Source: Candidatus Cloacimonadales bacterium | GTDB taxonomy: Bacteria; Cloacimonadota; Cloacimonadia; Cloacimonadales; JAFGVF01 | Assembly (NCBI GenBank): GCA_963667035.1 | Contig: OY762964.1 | Location: 736,001 to 800,000, forward strand | Direction: 5' to 3' | DNA length: 64,000 bases | Shown here: positions 1 to 11,167 of the stretch, in pieces | Position numbering within the stretch: position 1 is the stretch's first letter | Layout of the letters: the number at the start of each line of letters is the position of its first letter | Position numbers and translations under genes: made by a program | The notes under the pieces: model-generated | The model's database searches: none | What the model was told of the DNA's origin: nothing | What the model saw: the letters and a program-made list of their open reading frames with translations, nothing else

Positions 1-2
1 AA

Positions 3-3000
3 GCAGGTATTGCTTTGAACATGGATTATGGTACCAATGCTTCTTATGCTCCTATCGACAATGCCTTTACAGCATTAACTAATAACTTCAGATATGACGG
101 TACTGCTCAATTGGTTAATAGAGATGACTATTCCAATGCAGCTTGGGAACAGCTTCTCAAGTATGAGTTAAATCAGGGAAGACCTATTTTATATAAGGCT
201 GATACTCAGGACGGAGAAATTGGTTTTGTGATTGACGGATGGCGGAATGGTAATGAATTTCATGTTAACTGGGGCAAAGATGGCAATCTAAACGGTTACT
301 TTACTATTGATTCTTTTAACTATGAAGGGATTGACCTTACAAATGGTCATAGAGCCGTTATTGGAATCTACCCAAGTTTAGGACCTCAGACTGTTGATGA
401 GAACTTTGAAGGTGATTTCTCAGGATTTAACTGGCAGTTTGGAGGAAATTCCGATTGGACAATTACTACTAATGAACATTATTATGGTGTTCAATCTGCT
501 AAGTCAGGTCAGATAAACCATAACCAGACATCCAGTTTGTATGTTCAGATAAATGTGGAAGCCGATGATGTAATTTCATTTAATCGTAAAGTTTCCTGTG
601 AAAACTCCATGGGTTGGGAACCAACCTTTGACTATCTGTCTTTCTGGATAGATGATAATGAAATGGATAGATGGGATGGACAAACTACTTGGTCTTATGA
701 AGAGTATCCTGTGACTGCAGGTGTCCATACTTTCAAATGGGAGTATAGAAAAGACGGTGCAACTATTGAAGGGCAGGACTGTGCGTGGATTGATGCAATC
801 GATTTTCCTAATGGTGAGACCCCACTAAATCCGGTACAAAATTTCACAGCTGAAGTGGTTAATAACAACGATGTTGAAATGAACTGGGATATGCCTTTAG
901 GAGCAACTAGAGACATTGTAGGGTATAGAGTTTATAGAAATGGACAAGAATTAATAACAGTAAGTAATCCTGAAGTATTAAGCTATACTGATACTAATCT
1001 TGCTAACGGAGAATACACTTATTATGTAAGAGCTTTCTATCAAGAAGGTTTATCAAATCCTTCAAACCCGATAACATTGGAAGTAGAAGTTCCTTATACT
1101 CCTACCAATTTAATTGCTGAAGTTGTTTCTGATGATGATGTAGCTTTGACATGGAGTCAACCTCCTACATTCAGAAACGGAAGATCATTAAACGGATATA
1201 AGATTTATAGAAATAATTCACTGATAGCTACTGTATCGGATGAATCAATTCTCAACTATAACGATAATGATTTGCCTCAAGCTGTGTACAGATACTATGT
1301 AACAGCCACTTATACAACAGGTGAATCTGCAGCATCCAATATAGCAATAGCATCTGTGGGAGTTCCTACTCCACCTACAGGCTTAACTGCTCAACTCGTT
1401 AATCGAAATGATGTTCTTTTGAATTGGGTAGCACCTCCAACTACACGTGAGTTATTAGGTTACAATGTCTACAGAGATGATGTTTCTATTGCTCAAGTTA
1501 ATGACGCTACTACAGTAAGCTATACTGACTTAAATGTTCCCAATGGAACTTATACATATAATGTAACAGCAATCTATTCTAACGGAGAATCTGAAGCAGG
1601 TACTTCTGCAACCATCTCAATTGAAGTAATGTATCCCCCAGTGAATCTGACTTATACAATTGAAAACCAAATAAATATTAGATTAGCTTGGGAAAGAGAT
1701 GTGAACACTCGTAATCTTCAAAGCTATTCAATCTTTAGAGATGGCCAACAGATTGCTATAATCTTTAATCCGGACAGACTTTATTATCTTGATGAAGATA
1801 TCGTAAATGGTGAGTATGAGTATTATGTTACAGCAACTTATACCTCAGGAACCTCAGAAGCTTCCAATAGTGTGAATGTATTGATGGAAGTTCTATATCC
1901 ATGCACTATCCTAAATGCAAGTGTTGATGGTGATGTGGCGACTCTAAGTTGGGATCGACCGGTTAATAGCGGAGGCTTAAGAAGTTTTAACGGTTATAAC
2001 ATTTATAGGGGAGGAAACTTAATAAGTTTTGTTGATAATCCATCAACTCTGACTTATCAAGATACAGGTTTAGCAAACGGTTATTACAACTATGAAGTTA
2101 CAGCTGTTTACACAACAGGCGAATCAATTCCCGTTTCAATTAATAATGTATTTATTGAAGTAGCTTATCCTCCAAGGAATCTTAGTGCTTCTCAAGAAGA
2201 TGATGATTTCATTTTAACTTGGAATGCTCCTGCAACTTCTGCCTCTCAGCTCTCTAGAAATGACAGAGTTACTCGTTCGATGAACGGTTACAAAGTATAT
2301 AGAGATGACACTGAAATAGCTCATATAACAGATACTGCAGTTTTAACCTATAGAGATGTTGCTTTAGTTAACGGCAACTATTCATATTATGTAACCGCTT
2401 TATATACAGCAGAGGAATCAATTCCTTCAAATGTTGTTGATATTGAAATGGATATTGCCTATCCACCGACAGCATTAGAAGGTACGGTTAATGATGATGA
2501 TATTAGCTTAAGCTGGACAGCACCTGTAAATAGTGGTGGTTTAGTTAGAAGCTTTATCAATTATAGAATCTATCGTGATGACTTGTTGATTGATACAACA
2601 ACAGAGTTAACCTATACAGATACTGACCTGGCAAACGGAAGCTACCGATATTATGTTACTGCAGTTCATGACGCGGGTGAGTCAACTGCTTCAAATACGG
2701 TAAATATGATTGTAGAAGTTCTATATCCTGCCAGTAACCTTAATACTGAAGTGTTCGATAAGAACAATGTAAGAATCAGTTGGATAGCTCCTGTAACAAG
2801 TGGTGGCTTAAGAAGCTTTAACGGTTACAAAGTTTATAGAAACGATGAAGAGATTGCTGAACTGAGCTCTTTGCAATATGAAGATTTAATCTTAGATAAT
2901 GGAACATATAGCTATTATGTGAAGGCCGTATATGATTCAGGTTTATCCGAAGCATCCAATAGCGATAGCAAAGTGATTGAATACCCATATCCGGTAACTA

Positions 3001-6000
3001 ACTTAACTGCCGTTGTTGATCAGGCAGAAGTTACATTAAATTGGGATTTACCACAAGGTACTTCCAGAAGCATTACTCATTACCAATTGTTCAGAAACGG
3101 TAATGAATTAGAAATGATAACTAATTCATTACAGACTGAGTATGTGGATAGTAATCTTTCTAATGGAACTTATACATATTATCTTGTTACTCACAATGAC
3201 TCAGATTCAGGTCCTTCTGAAGCATCCGAAGATATAACAGCTACAGTTGAAGTTCTGTATCCTCCTAGAAATCTGGTTGCTACAGTGATAGAAGACAATG
3301 TTTCCCTTAGCTGGACTGCTCCTCAAACAGGAGTCTTTGCCCGACTTGGAGCAAGAACAAGGGATTTGTTAACATACAAGGTTTATAGAGATGATGTTGA
3401 AATAGCTGAAACTACTGATCTGAGTTATGATGATAACAGCTTAAGTAATGGTACTTACAATTATAACATTAAAGCAGTTTATACTTCAGGAACTTCAGAA
3501 GCTTCCAATACTGAGGAAGTTTTAGTTGAGATTTTGTATCCTGCTACAAACTTCTCTGTAAATGTAGTTGAGGATGACGTAAGCTTAAGTTGGGATTCTC
3601 CAGCAACTTCAGGAGGTTTAACTAGAGCATTCCTTGGTTATAAGATTTATAGAGATGATGTTGAAATAGCTGATATTACAGAAACTACTTATTTTGATTC
3701 AGACTTAACTAACGGTACATACAGTTATTATGTTGTCGCTGAATATACAACCGGTAGTGCTAATCCTACCGAAACTCTTCAGGCTATTGTTGAAGTATTG
3801 TATCCTCCAACAGCATTAACAGGAGAAATTGAAGACTACAATAATATCAGACTTAGTTGGACTGCTCCTGTAAACTCAGGCGGTTTGAGAGACTTTGTTG
3901 AATATGAGTTATTGAGAAACGATACTGTAATTATTACCCAAACAGAGTTAACATACTTCGATCAATTAATACCTGACGGAGATTATACATATCAAGTTAG
4001 AGCTGTTTATAGTAGTGGTACTTCAAGTTTATCAAACAGTGTATCGTTTAATGTAGAATATCCTTATCCGCCAAGTAATCTTCAAGCAAACGTTGTGGAT
4101 GATGATGTGAATTTAAGTTGGAATGCTCCAACAAATGGTCGAGTGTTTGTTCAGTATCATATATACAGAAATGATGAACTACTAGTTAGTGTAGATACTA
4201 ATTCATATAGTGATACTAACCTTCAAAACGGACATTATGAATACTATGTACAAGCAGCTTATTCAAACAGTGTATCTGAAGCTTCCAATACTGTTTCCAT
4301 AGATATGGAAGTTCTATATCCAGCTACTAACCTCAGTTACAGCACAGATCAGGATGAAGTAACTCTTACTTGGGATTCTGCAGTAACTTCAGGTGGTCTT
4401 ACTCGTAACTTCTTAGGTTACAAGATTTATAGAAATGATGCTGAAATAGCTGAAGTATCTGAGCTTACTTATACAGATGTAGATCTCGCAAATGGTGTTT
4501 ATAACTATTACATAAAAGCAAACTACACAAGTGGTTTATCAGAGTCTTCAAACACAATAACAGCAACAGTAGAAGTTCTCTATCCTGCATCTGACCTTGC
4601 TTATAGTGTTGATCAGGACGAGGTAACCCTTACTTGGAATGCTGTTGCAACATCCGGTGGACTTACACGTGATTTCTTAGGATATAAAGTCTATAGAGAT
4701 GACGTTGAAATAGCTGAAGTAACTGAGCTTACTTATACAGATGTAGATCTCACAAACGGTGTTTATGACTATTATATAAAAGCAAACTACACAAGTGGTT
4801 TATCAGAGTCTTCAAACATTGTAACAGCAACAGTAGAAGTTCTTTATCCAGCAACTAACCTTGCTTATAGCGTTGATCAGGACGAAGTAACCCTTACTTG
4901 GGATAATGCAGTAACTTCAGGTGGTCTTACTCGTGATTTCTTAGGATACAAAATCTATAGAGATGAGACAGAGATTGCGGAAGTAACCGAGCTTACTTAT
5001 ACAGATACTGACCTTGCAAACAGTGTTTATGACTACTATGTGAAAGCTAATTATACAAGTGGACTATCAGAAGCTTCGAACACGGTAACAGCAACTATAG
5101 AGGTTCTTTATCCTGCAACTAACTTAGCTTATAGCGTAGATCAGGACGAAGTAACTCTTACCTGGGATGCTGCATTAACATCAGGTGGACTTACTCGTAG
5201 CTTCTTAGGATATAAAGTCTATAGAGATGAGGAAGAGATTGCCGAAGTGACAGAGCTTACTTATACAGATGTTGACTTAGCTAACGGTGTTTATGACTAT
5301 TATGTAAAAGCAAACTACACAAGTGGCTTATCAGAGTCTTCAAACACAGTAACAGCAACAGTGGAAGTTCTTTATCCTGCAACTAACCTTGCTTATAGTG
5401 TTGATCAGGACGAAGTAACCCTTACTTGGAATGCTGCTGCAACATTCGGTGGACTCACACGTGATTTCTTAGGTTATAAAGTTTATAGAGATGACGTTGA
5501 AATAGCTGAAGTAACAGAGCTTACTTACTTAGATGCAGACCTTACAAATGGTGTTTATGACTACTACGTCAAAGCTAACTACACAAGTGGCTTATCTGAA
5601 GCTTCAAACACAATAACAGCAACAGTAGAAGTTCTTTATCCAGCAACTAACCTTAGTTATAGCGTTGATCAGGATGAAGTAACACTTATTTGGGATTCTG
5701 CTGTAACCTCAGGTGGACTTGATAGAAGTTTCTTAGGTTATATGATTTATAGAGATGAAGTTGAGATAGCAGAAGTACCAGAAACAACTTATACAGATAT
5801 TGACCTTGCAAATGGTGTATATGACTACTATGTAATAGCTAATTATGCAAGTGGCTTATCAGAGACTTCAAACACAGTAACAGCAACAGTGGAAGTTCTT
5901 TATCCAGCAACTAACCTTGCTTATAGCGTTGATCAGGACGAAGTAACCCTTACTTGGGATGCTGCAGTAACTTCAGGTGGTTTGTTACGTGACTTCTTAG

Positions 6001-9000
6001 GTTATAAGATTTATAGAGATGAAGTTGAGATAGCAGAAGTAACAGAGCTTACTTATACAGACACTGACCTTACAAATGGTGTTTATAGCTACTATGTTAA
6101 AGCTAATTATACAAGCGGACTATCAGAAGCTTCAAACACAATAACAGCAACAGTAGAAGTTCTTTATCCAGCAACTAACCTTAATTACAGTGTTGATCAG
6201 GATGAAGTGACTCTTACTTGGGATGCTGCAGTTGTAACCGGTGGTCTTGATAGAAGTTTCTTAGGTTATAAGATTTATCGAAACAATTTGGAGATTGCTG
6301 AAGTTACCGAGTTAACTTATACAGATGTAGATCTTGCAAATGGAATTTACAACTACTATGTAAGAGCTGATTACACAAGTGGATTAGCTGAAGCTTCCAA
6401 TACAGTTTCAGCAACAGTGGAAGTTCTTTATCCTGCAACTAATCTTAGTTATAGTGTAAATCAGGATGAAGTAACTCTTAGTTGGACAGCAGTTGTTACG
6501 GAGGGTGGTCTAGACAGATCCTTCTTAGGCTACAAAATCTATAGGGATGATGTAGAAATTGCTGAAACAGTAATGACTACTTATGTAGATGTAGATCTTG
6601 CTAACGGAACTTATGATTATTATATAGAAGCTAATTATACAAGCGGACTATCAGAAGCTTCAAACACAGTGACAGCAACAGTAGAAGTTCTTTATCCTGC
6701 AACTAACCTTGCTTATAGCGTAGATCAGGATGAAGTATCCCTAACTTGGGATGCACCTATAACAGTAGGTGGATTGACTCGCAGTTTTGTGGGTTATAAG
6801 GTATATCGTGACCTTATGGAAATAGCTGAAGTTGCGGAGCTAGGCTATACAGATACAGGCTTAGCAAACGGAACATATTCATACAGTGTAAAAGCGGTCT
6901 ATGATTCAGGTTTATCAGCATATTCAAACTCCGTTGAAGTGCTAATTGAAGTTCTCTATCCTGCTCAGAATCTCAGTGGTGCTGTTACCAATGACGATGT
7001 AGCTTTAACTTGGAATGCTCCATCAGTATCAGGAAGTAGAAGCTTAACCGGATACAAAGTATATAGAGATAATGTAGAAATCGGCGATGTTACCGAGTTA
7101 TCCTATAATGACGAAGATTTAGCAAACGGAACATATACTTATCACGTTGTAGCATATTATACAACTGGCGATTCAGAACCTTCAAATAGTTTTGTTGCAG
7201 AAGTTGATGTACCTTATGCACCTTCTAATCTTACCGGAAGCGTAAATGAAGATACGGTTACACTTAACTGGGATTTACCTGCAGTTTCGGGTGGATTAAG
7301 AAGTTTCAACGGATATTTTATTTATAGAAATGGTGGGTTAATAACAGTATTGAACAACTCATCAGCACAAACTTACTTTGATGAGAATCTTGCTAACGGT
7401 GATTATGAGTATTATATAGTTGCCTACTATGATAGTGGACTTTCAGCGGCTTCTAATACAGTTACAGTAAATGTAAATGTATTACCTGACCTATTCCCTC
7501 CAACTAACCTCCAGGCAGTTGTTAATAATCTTAGGGATGTTACTCTTTCATGGGTTGCTCCTGAGAATAATCCTGTAAGTTACAAAGTTTATCGTAATTC
7601 AGTAGAGATTGCTGAAGTTTCTATGACTGTATTCAACGAGACATTGATTGAGAACGGAACCTATACTTACTGGGTGAAAGCAGTTTATAATGAAGGTATC
7701 TCATCTAATTCAAACTCGGTAATTGTTAACGTTGAAGTAGCTTATGCTCCTAGTGATTTAGTAACTTCAGTTGATGATAACGATGTTTCTTTAACTTGGA
7801 CTAATCCGGAAGCCGGAGAGATTGGAATAATAGTATACAGAGATGATGTTGAGATTGCTTTGATTAATAATAGTACAACTAATACATATACTGACATGAA
7901 TCTCATGAACGGTACTTACAGCTATCACTTAAAAGCTATTTATACATCAACAGTTTCACAAGCCTCTGCATCTGCATCTGCAACAGTTGAGATAATATAT
8001 CCTGTCTCTGCACTTCAATATGAAGTAAATACCGACAGTGTTACTCTTAACTGGAGTGAACCACTTGACCCTACCGGTCTTGTTAACTACAAGGTATATA
8101 GAAATGCTGAAATGATTGCTACAGAGACTACACTCAGTTATACAGATAATGGTCTTGTTAACGGTGATTATGACTACTATATCGTTGCTCAGTATTCTAC
8201 CGGAGATTCTAATCCTTCTAACACAGTTACAGCTTTAGTTCAGGTTGCATATCCTGTTCAGAATGTACAAACTGCTGTTAACGGTGATGAAGTTACTGTA
8301 AGCTGGGATGAACCTTCTGATGTTGTTGGACTTCAATCATATAGTATTGAAAGAGAAGGTGAGTTTGTCGGTTCAACTCAACAGTTAAACTTCACAGATA
8401 CAGATGTTGTAAACGGTATTTATACTTACACTGTAAAAGCTAGTTATGAAGTAGGATTTTCAGAACCTGTAAATGCTATACCTGAAACAATTGTGCTTGT
8501 TGCTTATGCTCCAACTGCACTTACGCAACAGATTAATGAAAATATAGTTACACTGAACTGGAATGAGCCATCTGATATGAATGCCTTCCAAGTTTATAAT
8601 GTATATAGAGATGGCAGCTTAGTAGGTTCATCTGATACTAATGAATATACAGACGAAAACCTTGCTAATGGAACCTACGAGTATTATGTAGTAGCAGTTC
8701 ATTCAATCGGTGAGTTGTCTGTAACTTCTAATCAATCAAATACAATTCAGGTTGTTGTTAGTGAGGCTTATCCTCCAACCGGTCTTAACTATGTTATTGA
8801 TAATGGTAATGACTTAACATTAACATGGGATGCTCCGGTAGATACTAATGATATTTCTCACTACAATGTATATAAAAATGGCTCTCTTGAAACAGGAGTA
8901 ACAGAATTAACTTACACTGAGAATGACCTTGTTAACGGAACCTATGAGTATTATGTAGAAGCTTATTACAATTCGGGAGCAACAGCAGCATCAAATCATG

Positions 9001-10379
9001 TTACACTTAATGTTGAGGTTGCTTATGTACCAACAGGACTAGCAGTAGTAGTTACAAGTAACAATGTAAACTTAACTTGGACTGCTCCTACTGATAATGT
9101 TGGATTATTATCATATAACGTCTACAGAGATGAAGCTCTCATCGGTAACTCAACAACAGCTACCTATGATGACTTGAGTCTTGCTAACGGTACATACGAC
9201 TACACTGTTTCAGCAGTATATGGAGTAGGTGAGTCTACTCAGACAGCTCCGGTTGTTGCAAATATAGAAATAGCTTATGTACCTTCAAATCTGACTACTT
9301 CTGTTACTGATGATGATGTAATTCTAAGTTGGGATGCTCCGGCTGATGTAACAGGTCTTGTATCGTATAATGTATATAGAGATGGTTCAAGCATTGGAAA
9401 CACTACAACTGCTTCATTTACAGATTCAGACTTAGCTAACGGTGATTACAGCTATACTGTTTCAGCAGTGTATGGTACCGAAGAATCGGCTCAGTCTACT
9501 GCAAGTTCTGCTCATGTTGAAGTAGTTTATGTAGCCCAAAACCTAACTTCAAGTGCAGTTAATGATGATGTAATTCTCACATGGGAAGCTCCTGTAGATA
9601 CATTTGGTATACAACACTATAATATATATCGTGACACCGAGTCTATCGGAACATCAACCGAGTTGACTTATACAGACAGTGACCTAATGAACAGTCATTA
9701 TATATATACTGTTTCAGCAGTATATGGTGCCGGTGAATCAGGTCAGATTACAACAGAAATTGATGTTGTTGTAGCATACGAGCCTCAAATAGCTGAAGCT
9801 GACGTGCAAACAGGAACTCACTATGCATTGTTGAATTGGACTGCTCCTACTGATAATGGTTTCCTTACCGGTTATCGTATCTATAGGTTAATCCCGGGAC
9901 AACTTGAAAGTCCTGAACTTTGGATAGAAGTTGAGAACCTTGTTAATGCTGTAACTTATACGGATGAAGATTTTGCTACACTTACTGACGGATTGTATCT
10001 GTATGCTGTTGCTTCAGTATATATGGAAACAATGGTTTCAGACGTGACGTTTACTAATGTAATTGACCCTACTGGAGGAAACGAAGTTGTAACAACTCCT
10101 GCAGTAACAAGTTTGAGTTCAGTATATCCTAACCCATTCAATCCATCAACTTCAGTCAGCTTCTCGTTATCCGAGAAACAAAGAGCGGTTGTAAAAGTTT
10201 ATAACAGTCGTGGACAATATGTTAAGACTATTATAGATGATACATTAGAAAAGGGTGAACACTGTATTAGTTGGAATGGTAGAGATAAGAACAATCGTGG
10301 TCTTGCTTCAGGAGTTTACTTCATTAGAATGCAGACAGCCGATTACTCAAAATCTATTAAAGCTGTTCTCATGAAATAA
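3..10379 (+). CDS. Giant secreted/surface protein: C-terminal part of a peptidase C10 (SpeB-like) domain, a beta-sandwich domain, roughly 35 fibronectin type III repeats and a FlgD-Ig/T9SS-like C-terminal domain; 5'-truncated by the window edge
   Basis: Frame is open from position 3 (AGIALNMDYG). C10-like motifs: ELNQGRPILY, FVIDG, FHVNWG. Repeated FN3 pattern LxW..GYxVYR..YxYxVxAxY. C-terminus YPNPFNPST...SGVYFIRM...VLMK. Confidence 0.9.
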   Translation, partial: AGIALNMDYGTNASYAPIDNAFTALTNNFRYDGTAQLVNRDDYSNAAWEQLLKYELNQGRPILYKADTQDGEIGFVIDGWRNGNEFHVNWGKDGNLNGYFTIDSFNYEGIDLTNGHRAVIGIYPSLGPQTVDENFEGDFSGFNWQFGGNSDWTITTNEHYYGVQSAKSGQINHNQTSSLYVQINVEADDVISFNRKVSCENSMGWEPTFDYLSFWIDDNEMDRWDGQTTWSYEEYPVTAGVHTFKWEYRKDGATIEGQDCAWIDAIDFPNGETPLNPVQNFTAEVVNNNDVEMNWDMPLGATRDIVGYRVYRNGQELITVSNPEVLSYTDTNLANGEYTYYVRAFYQEGLSNPSNPITLEVEVPYTPTNLIAEVVSDDDVALTWSQPPTFRNGRSLNGYKIYRNNSLIATVSDESILNYNDNDLPQAVYRYYVTATYTTGESAASNIAIASVGVPTPPTGLTAQLVNRNDVLLNWVAPPTTRELLGYNVYRDDVSIAQVNDATTVSYTDLNVPNGTYTYNVTAIYSNGESEAGTSATISIEVMYPPVNLTYTIENQINIRLAWERDVNTRNLQSYSIFRDGQQIAIIFNPDRLYYLDEDIVNGEYEYYVTATYTSGTSEASNSVNVLMEVLYPCTILNASVDGDVATLSWDRPVNSGGLRSFNGYNIYRGGNLISFVDNPSTLTYQDTGLANGYYNYEVTAVYTTGESIPVSINNVFIEVAYPPRNLSASQEDDDFILTWNAPATSASQLSRNDRVTRSMNGYKVYRDDTEIAHITDTAVLTYRDVALVNGNYSYYVTALYTAEESIPSNVVDIEMDIAYPPTALEGTVNDDDISLSWTAPVNSGGLVRSFINYRIYRDDLLIDTTTELTYTDTDLANGSYRYYVTAVHDAGESTASNTVNMIVEVLYPASNLNTEVFDKNNVRISWIAPVTSGGLRSFNGYKVYRNDEEIAELSSLQYEDLILDNGTYSYYVKAVYDSGLSEASNSDSKVIEYPYPVTNLTAVVDQAEVTLNWDLPQGTSRSITHYQLFRNGNELEMITNSLQTEYVDSNLSNGTYTYYLVTHNDSDSGPSEASEDITATVEVLYPPRNLVATVIEDNVSLSWTAPQTGVFARLGARTRDLLTYKVYRDDVEIAETTDLSYDDNSLSNGTYNYNIKAVYTSGTSEASNTEEVLVEILYPATNFSVNVVEDDVSLSWDSPATSGGLTRAFLGYKIYRDDVEIADITETTYFDSDLTNGTYSYYVVAEYTTGSANPTETLQAIVEVLYPPTALTGEIEDYNNIRLSWTAPVNSGGLRDFVEYELLRNDTVIITQTELTYFDQLIPDGDYTYQVRAVYSSGTSSLSNSVSFNVEYPYPPSNLQANVVDDDVNLSWNAPTNGRVFVQYHIYRNDELLVSVDTNSYSDTNLQNGHYEYYVQAAYSNSVSEASNTVSIDMEVLYPATNLSYSTDQDEVTLTWDSAVTSGGLTRNFLGYKIYRNDAEIAEVSELTYTDVDLANGVYNYYIKANYTSGLSESSNTITATVEVLYPASDLAYSVDQDEVTLTWNAVATSGGLTRDFLGYKVYRDDVEIAEVTELTYTDVDLTNGVYDYYIKANYTSGLSESSNIVTATVEVLYPATNLAYSVDQDEVTLTWDNAVTSGGLTRDFLGYKIYRDETEIAEVTELTYTDTDLANSVYDYYVKANYTSGLSEASNTVTATIEVLYPATNLAYSVDQDEVTLTWDAALTSGGLTRSFLGYKVYRDEEEIAEVTELTYTDVDLANGVYDYYVKANYTSGLSESSNTVTATVEVLYPATNLAYSVDQDEVTLTWNAAATFGGLTRDFLGYKVYRDDVEIAEVTELTYLDADLTNGVYDYYVKANYTSGLSEASNTITATVEVLYPATNLSYSVDQDEVTLIWDSAVTSGGLDRSFLGYMIYRDEVEIAEVPETTYTDIDLANGVYDYYVIANYASGLSETSNTVTATVEVLYPATNLAYSVDQDEVTLTWDAAVTSGGLLRDFLGYKIYRDEVEIAEVTELTYTDTDLTNGVYSYYVKANYTSGLSEASNTITATVEVLYPATNLNYSVDQDEVTLTWDAAVVTGGLDRSFLGYKIYRNNLEIAEVTELTYTDVDLANGIYNYYVRADYTSGLAEASNTVSATVEVLYPATNLSYSVNQDEVTLSWTAVVTEGGLDRSFLGYKIYRDDVEIAETVMTTYVDVDLANGTYDYYIEANYTSGLSEASNTVTATVEVLYPATNLAYSVDQDEVSLTWDAPITVGGLTRSFVGYKVYRDLMEIAEVAELGYTDTGLANGTYSYSVKAVYDSGLSAYSNSVEVLIEVLYPAQNLSGAVTNDDVALTWNAPSVSGSRSLTGYKVYRDNVEIGDVTELSYNDEDLANGTYTYHVVAYYTTGDSEPSNSFVAEVDVPYAPSNLTGSVNEDTVTLNWDLPAVSGGLRSFNGYFIYRNGGLITVLNNSSAQTYFDENLANGDYEYYIVAYYDSGLSAASNTVTVNVNVLPDLFPPTNLQAVVNNLRDVTLSWVAPENNPVSYKVYRNSVEIAEVSMTVFNETLIENGTYTYWVKAVYNEGISSNSNSVIVNVEVAYAPSDLVTSVDDNDVSLTWTNPEAGEIGIIVYRDDVEIALINNSTTNTYTDMNLMNGTYSYHLKAIYTSTVSQASASASATVEIIYPVSALQYEVNTDSVTLNWSEPLDPTGLVNYKVYRNAEMIATETTLSYTDNGLVNGDYDYYIVAQYSTGDSNPSNTVTALVQVAYPVQNVQTAVNGDEVTVSWDEPSDVVGLQSYSIEREGEFVGSTQQLNFTDTDVVNGIYTYTVKASYEVGFSEPVNAIPETIVLVAYAPTALTQQINENIVTLNWNEPSDMNAFQVYNVYRDGSLVGSSDTNEYTDENLANGTYEYYVVAVHSIGELSVTSNQSNTIQVVVSEAYPPTGLNYVIDNGNDLTLTWDAPVDTNDISHYNVYKNGSLETGVTELTYTENDLVNGTYEYYVEAYYNSGATAASNHVTLNVEVAYVPTGLAVVVTSNNVNLTWTAPTDNVGLLSYNVYRDEALIGNSTTATYDDLSLANGTYDYTVSAVYGVGESTQTAPVVANIEIAYVPSNLTTSVTDDDVILSWDAPADVTGLVSYNVYRDGSSIGNTTTASFTDSDLANGDYSYTVSAVYGTEESAQSTASSAHVEVVYVAQNLTSSAVNDDVILTWEAPVDTFGIQHYNIYRDTESIGTSTELTYTDSDLMNSHYIYTVSAVYGAGESGQITTEIDVVVAYEPQIAEADVQTGTHYALLNWTAPTDNGFLTGYRIYRLIPGQLESPELWIEVENLVNAVTYTDEDFATLTDGLYLYAVASVYMETMVSDVTFTNVIDPTGGNEVVTTPAVTSLSSVYPNPFNPSTSVSFSLSEKQRAVVKVYNSRGQYVKTIIDDTLEKGEHCISWNGRDKNNRGLASGVYFIRMQTADYSKSIKAVLMK
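4311..6950 (+). repeat. Ten tandem 264-bp (88-aa) high-similarity FN3 coding repeats
   Basis: GTTCTnTATCC (VLYP) recurs at 4311, 4575, 4839, 5103, 5367, 5631, 5895, 6159, 6423, 6687 and 6951, an exact 264-bp period. Confidence 0.92.
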
Positions 10380-10440
10380 GAGTTAACAATTTGTTTTGTA
10401 ACTTCGCAATAGCGAGGTGCGTAACAAATTCAGATAATGT

Positions 10441-10476
10441 TCTAGGCTGTTGATTTTCAACAGCCTAGACTTTTAT
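10441..10476 (+). terminator. Intrinsic terminator
   Basis: TCTAGGCTGTTGA / TCAACAGCCTAGA stem followed by CTTTTAT, downstream of the giant ORF. Confidence 0.8.
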
Positions 10477-10717
10477 AGTTGATTAAGTTTAAACCAATCA
10501 AATTAAAAATCCTATTCTAGTTAAATACCAAGCTGTTGATATAAGGCGAATACAATAATTATACATTTGGAGAGTCTATTAACAATTATCATTGACACAT
10601 TGTAAAACATATACAGAATATATATTTCTGAAATTATACATAAAATCCTATAACGAAGTACTGGATTACTATGCTATCAGGAATTAAAGTGAATTATATC
10701 GATTGAATGAGGAAGTT

Positions 10718-11167
10718 ATGTTATCCATAAAAAATAGAAAAGCAAGACATGAGTTTAGTATTATTGATACTTATGAAACAGGTATTGTTTTAACTGGAAC
10801 AGAGATAAAATCAGTGCGAATGGGAAAAGTCAGTTTTAAGGATAGTTATGCAAGAGTAATATCCGGTGAAATGTGGCTTTTGAGTCTGCATATTAGTCCC
10901 TATGAAAAGGGTACTTATGATAATCATGATGCAACCCGAAAACGTAAACTTCTATTACATAAGAATGAGATAGATAAAATAAATCGAAAAGTGCAAGAAT
11001 CGGGAATGACTCTAGTTCCGCTTGAGGTTTTCATAAATCCTAAAGGATTATGTAAGGTTGTTATTGCTCTTGCAAAAGGAAAGCATACATTTGATAAAAA
11101 ATTGGATAAACAGGCTAAAGATATTAAGAGAGAAGCTGATAGAGCCTTGAAGAATATAGGTCAGTAA
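10718..11167 (+). CDS. smpB: SsrA-binding protein SmpB
   Basis: Motifs NRKARHEF, ETGIVLTGTEIKS, RKRKLLLHKNEI, KGKHTFDK. ATG at 10718 follows GAGGA. Confidence 0.97.
   Translation: MLSIKNRKARHEFSIIDTYETGIVLTGTEIKSVRMGKVSFKDSYARVISGEMWLLSLHISPYEKGTYDNHDATRKRKLLLHKNEIDKINRKVQESGMTLVPLEVFINPKGLCKVVIALAKGKHTFDKKLDKQAKDIKREADRALKNIGQ

Noticed and set aside
10388..10430. Extra hairpin between the giant ORF stop codon and its terminator as an ncRNA
   Set aside because: Single imperfect stem-loop with no recognisable family; likely a 3' UTR stability element.
10380..10717. tmRNA gene near smpB
   Set aside because: No tRNA-like GGGG...CCA ends or tag reading frame were seen.
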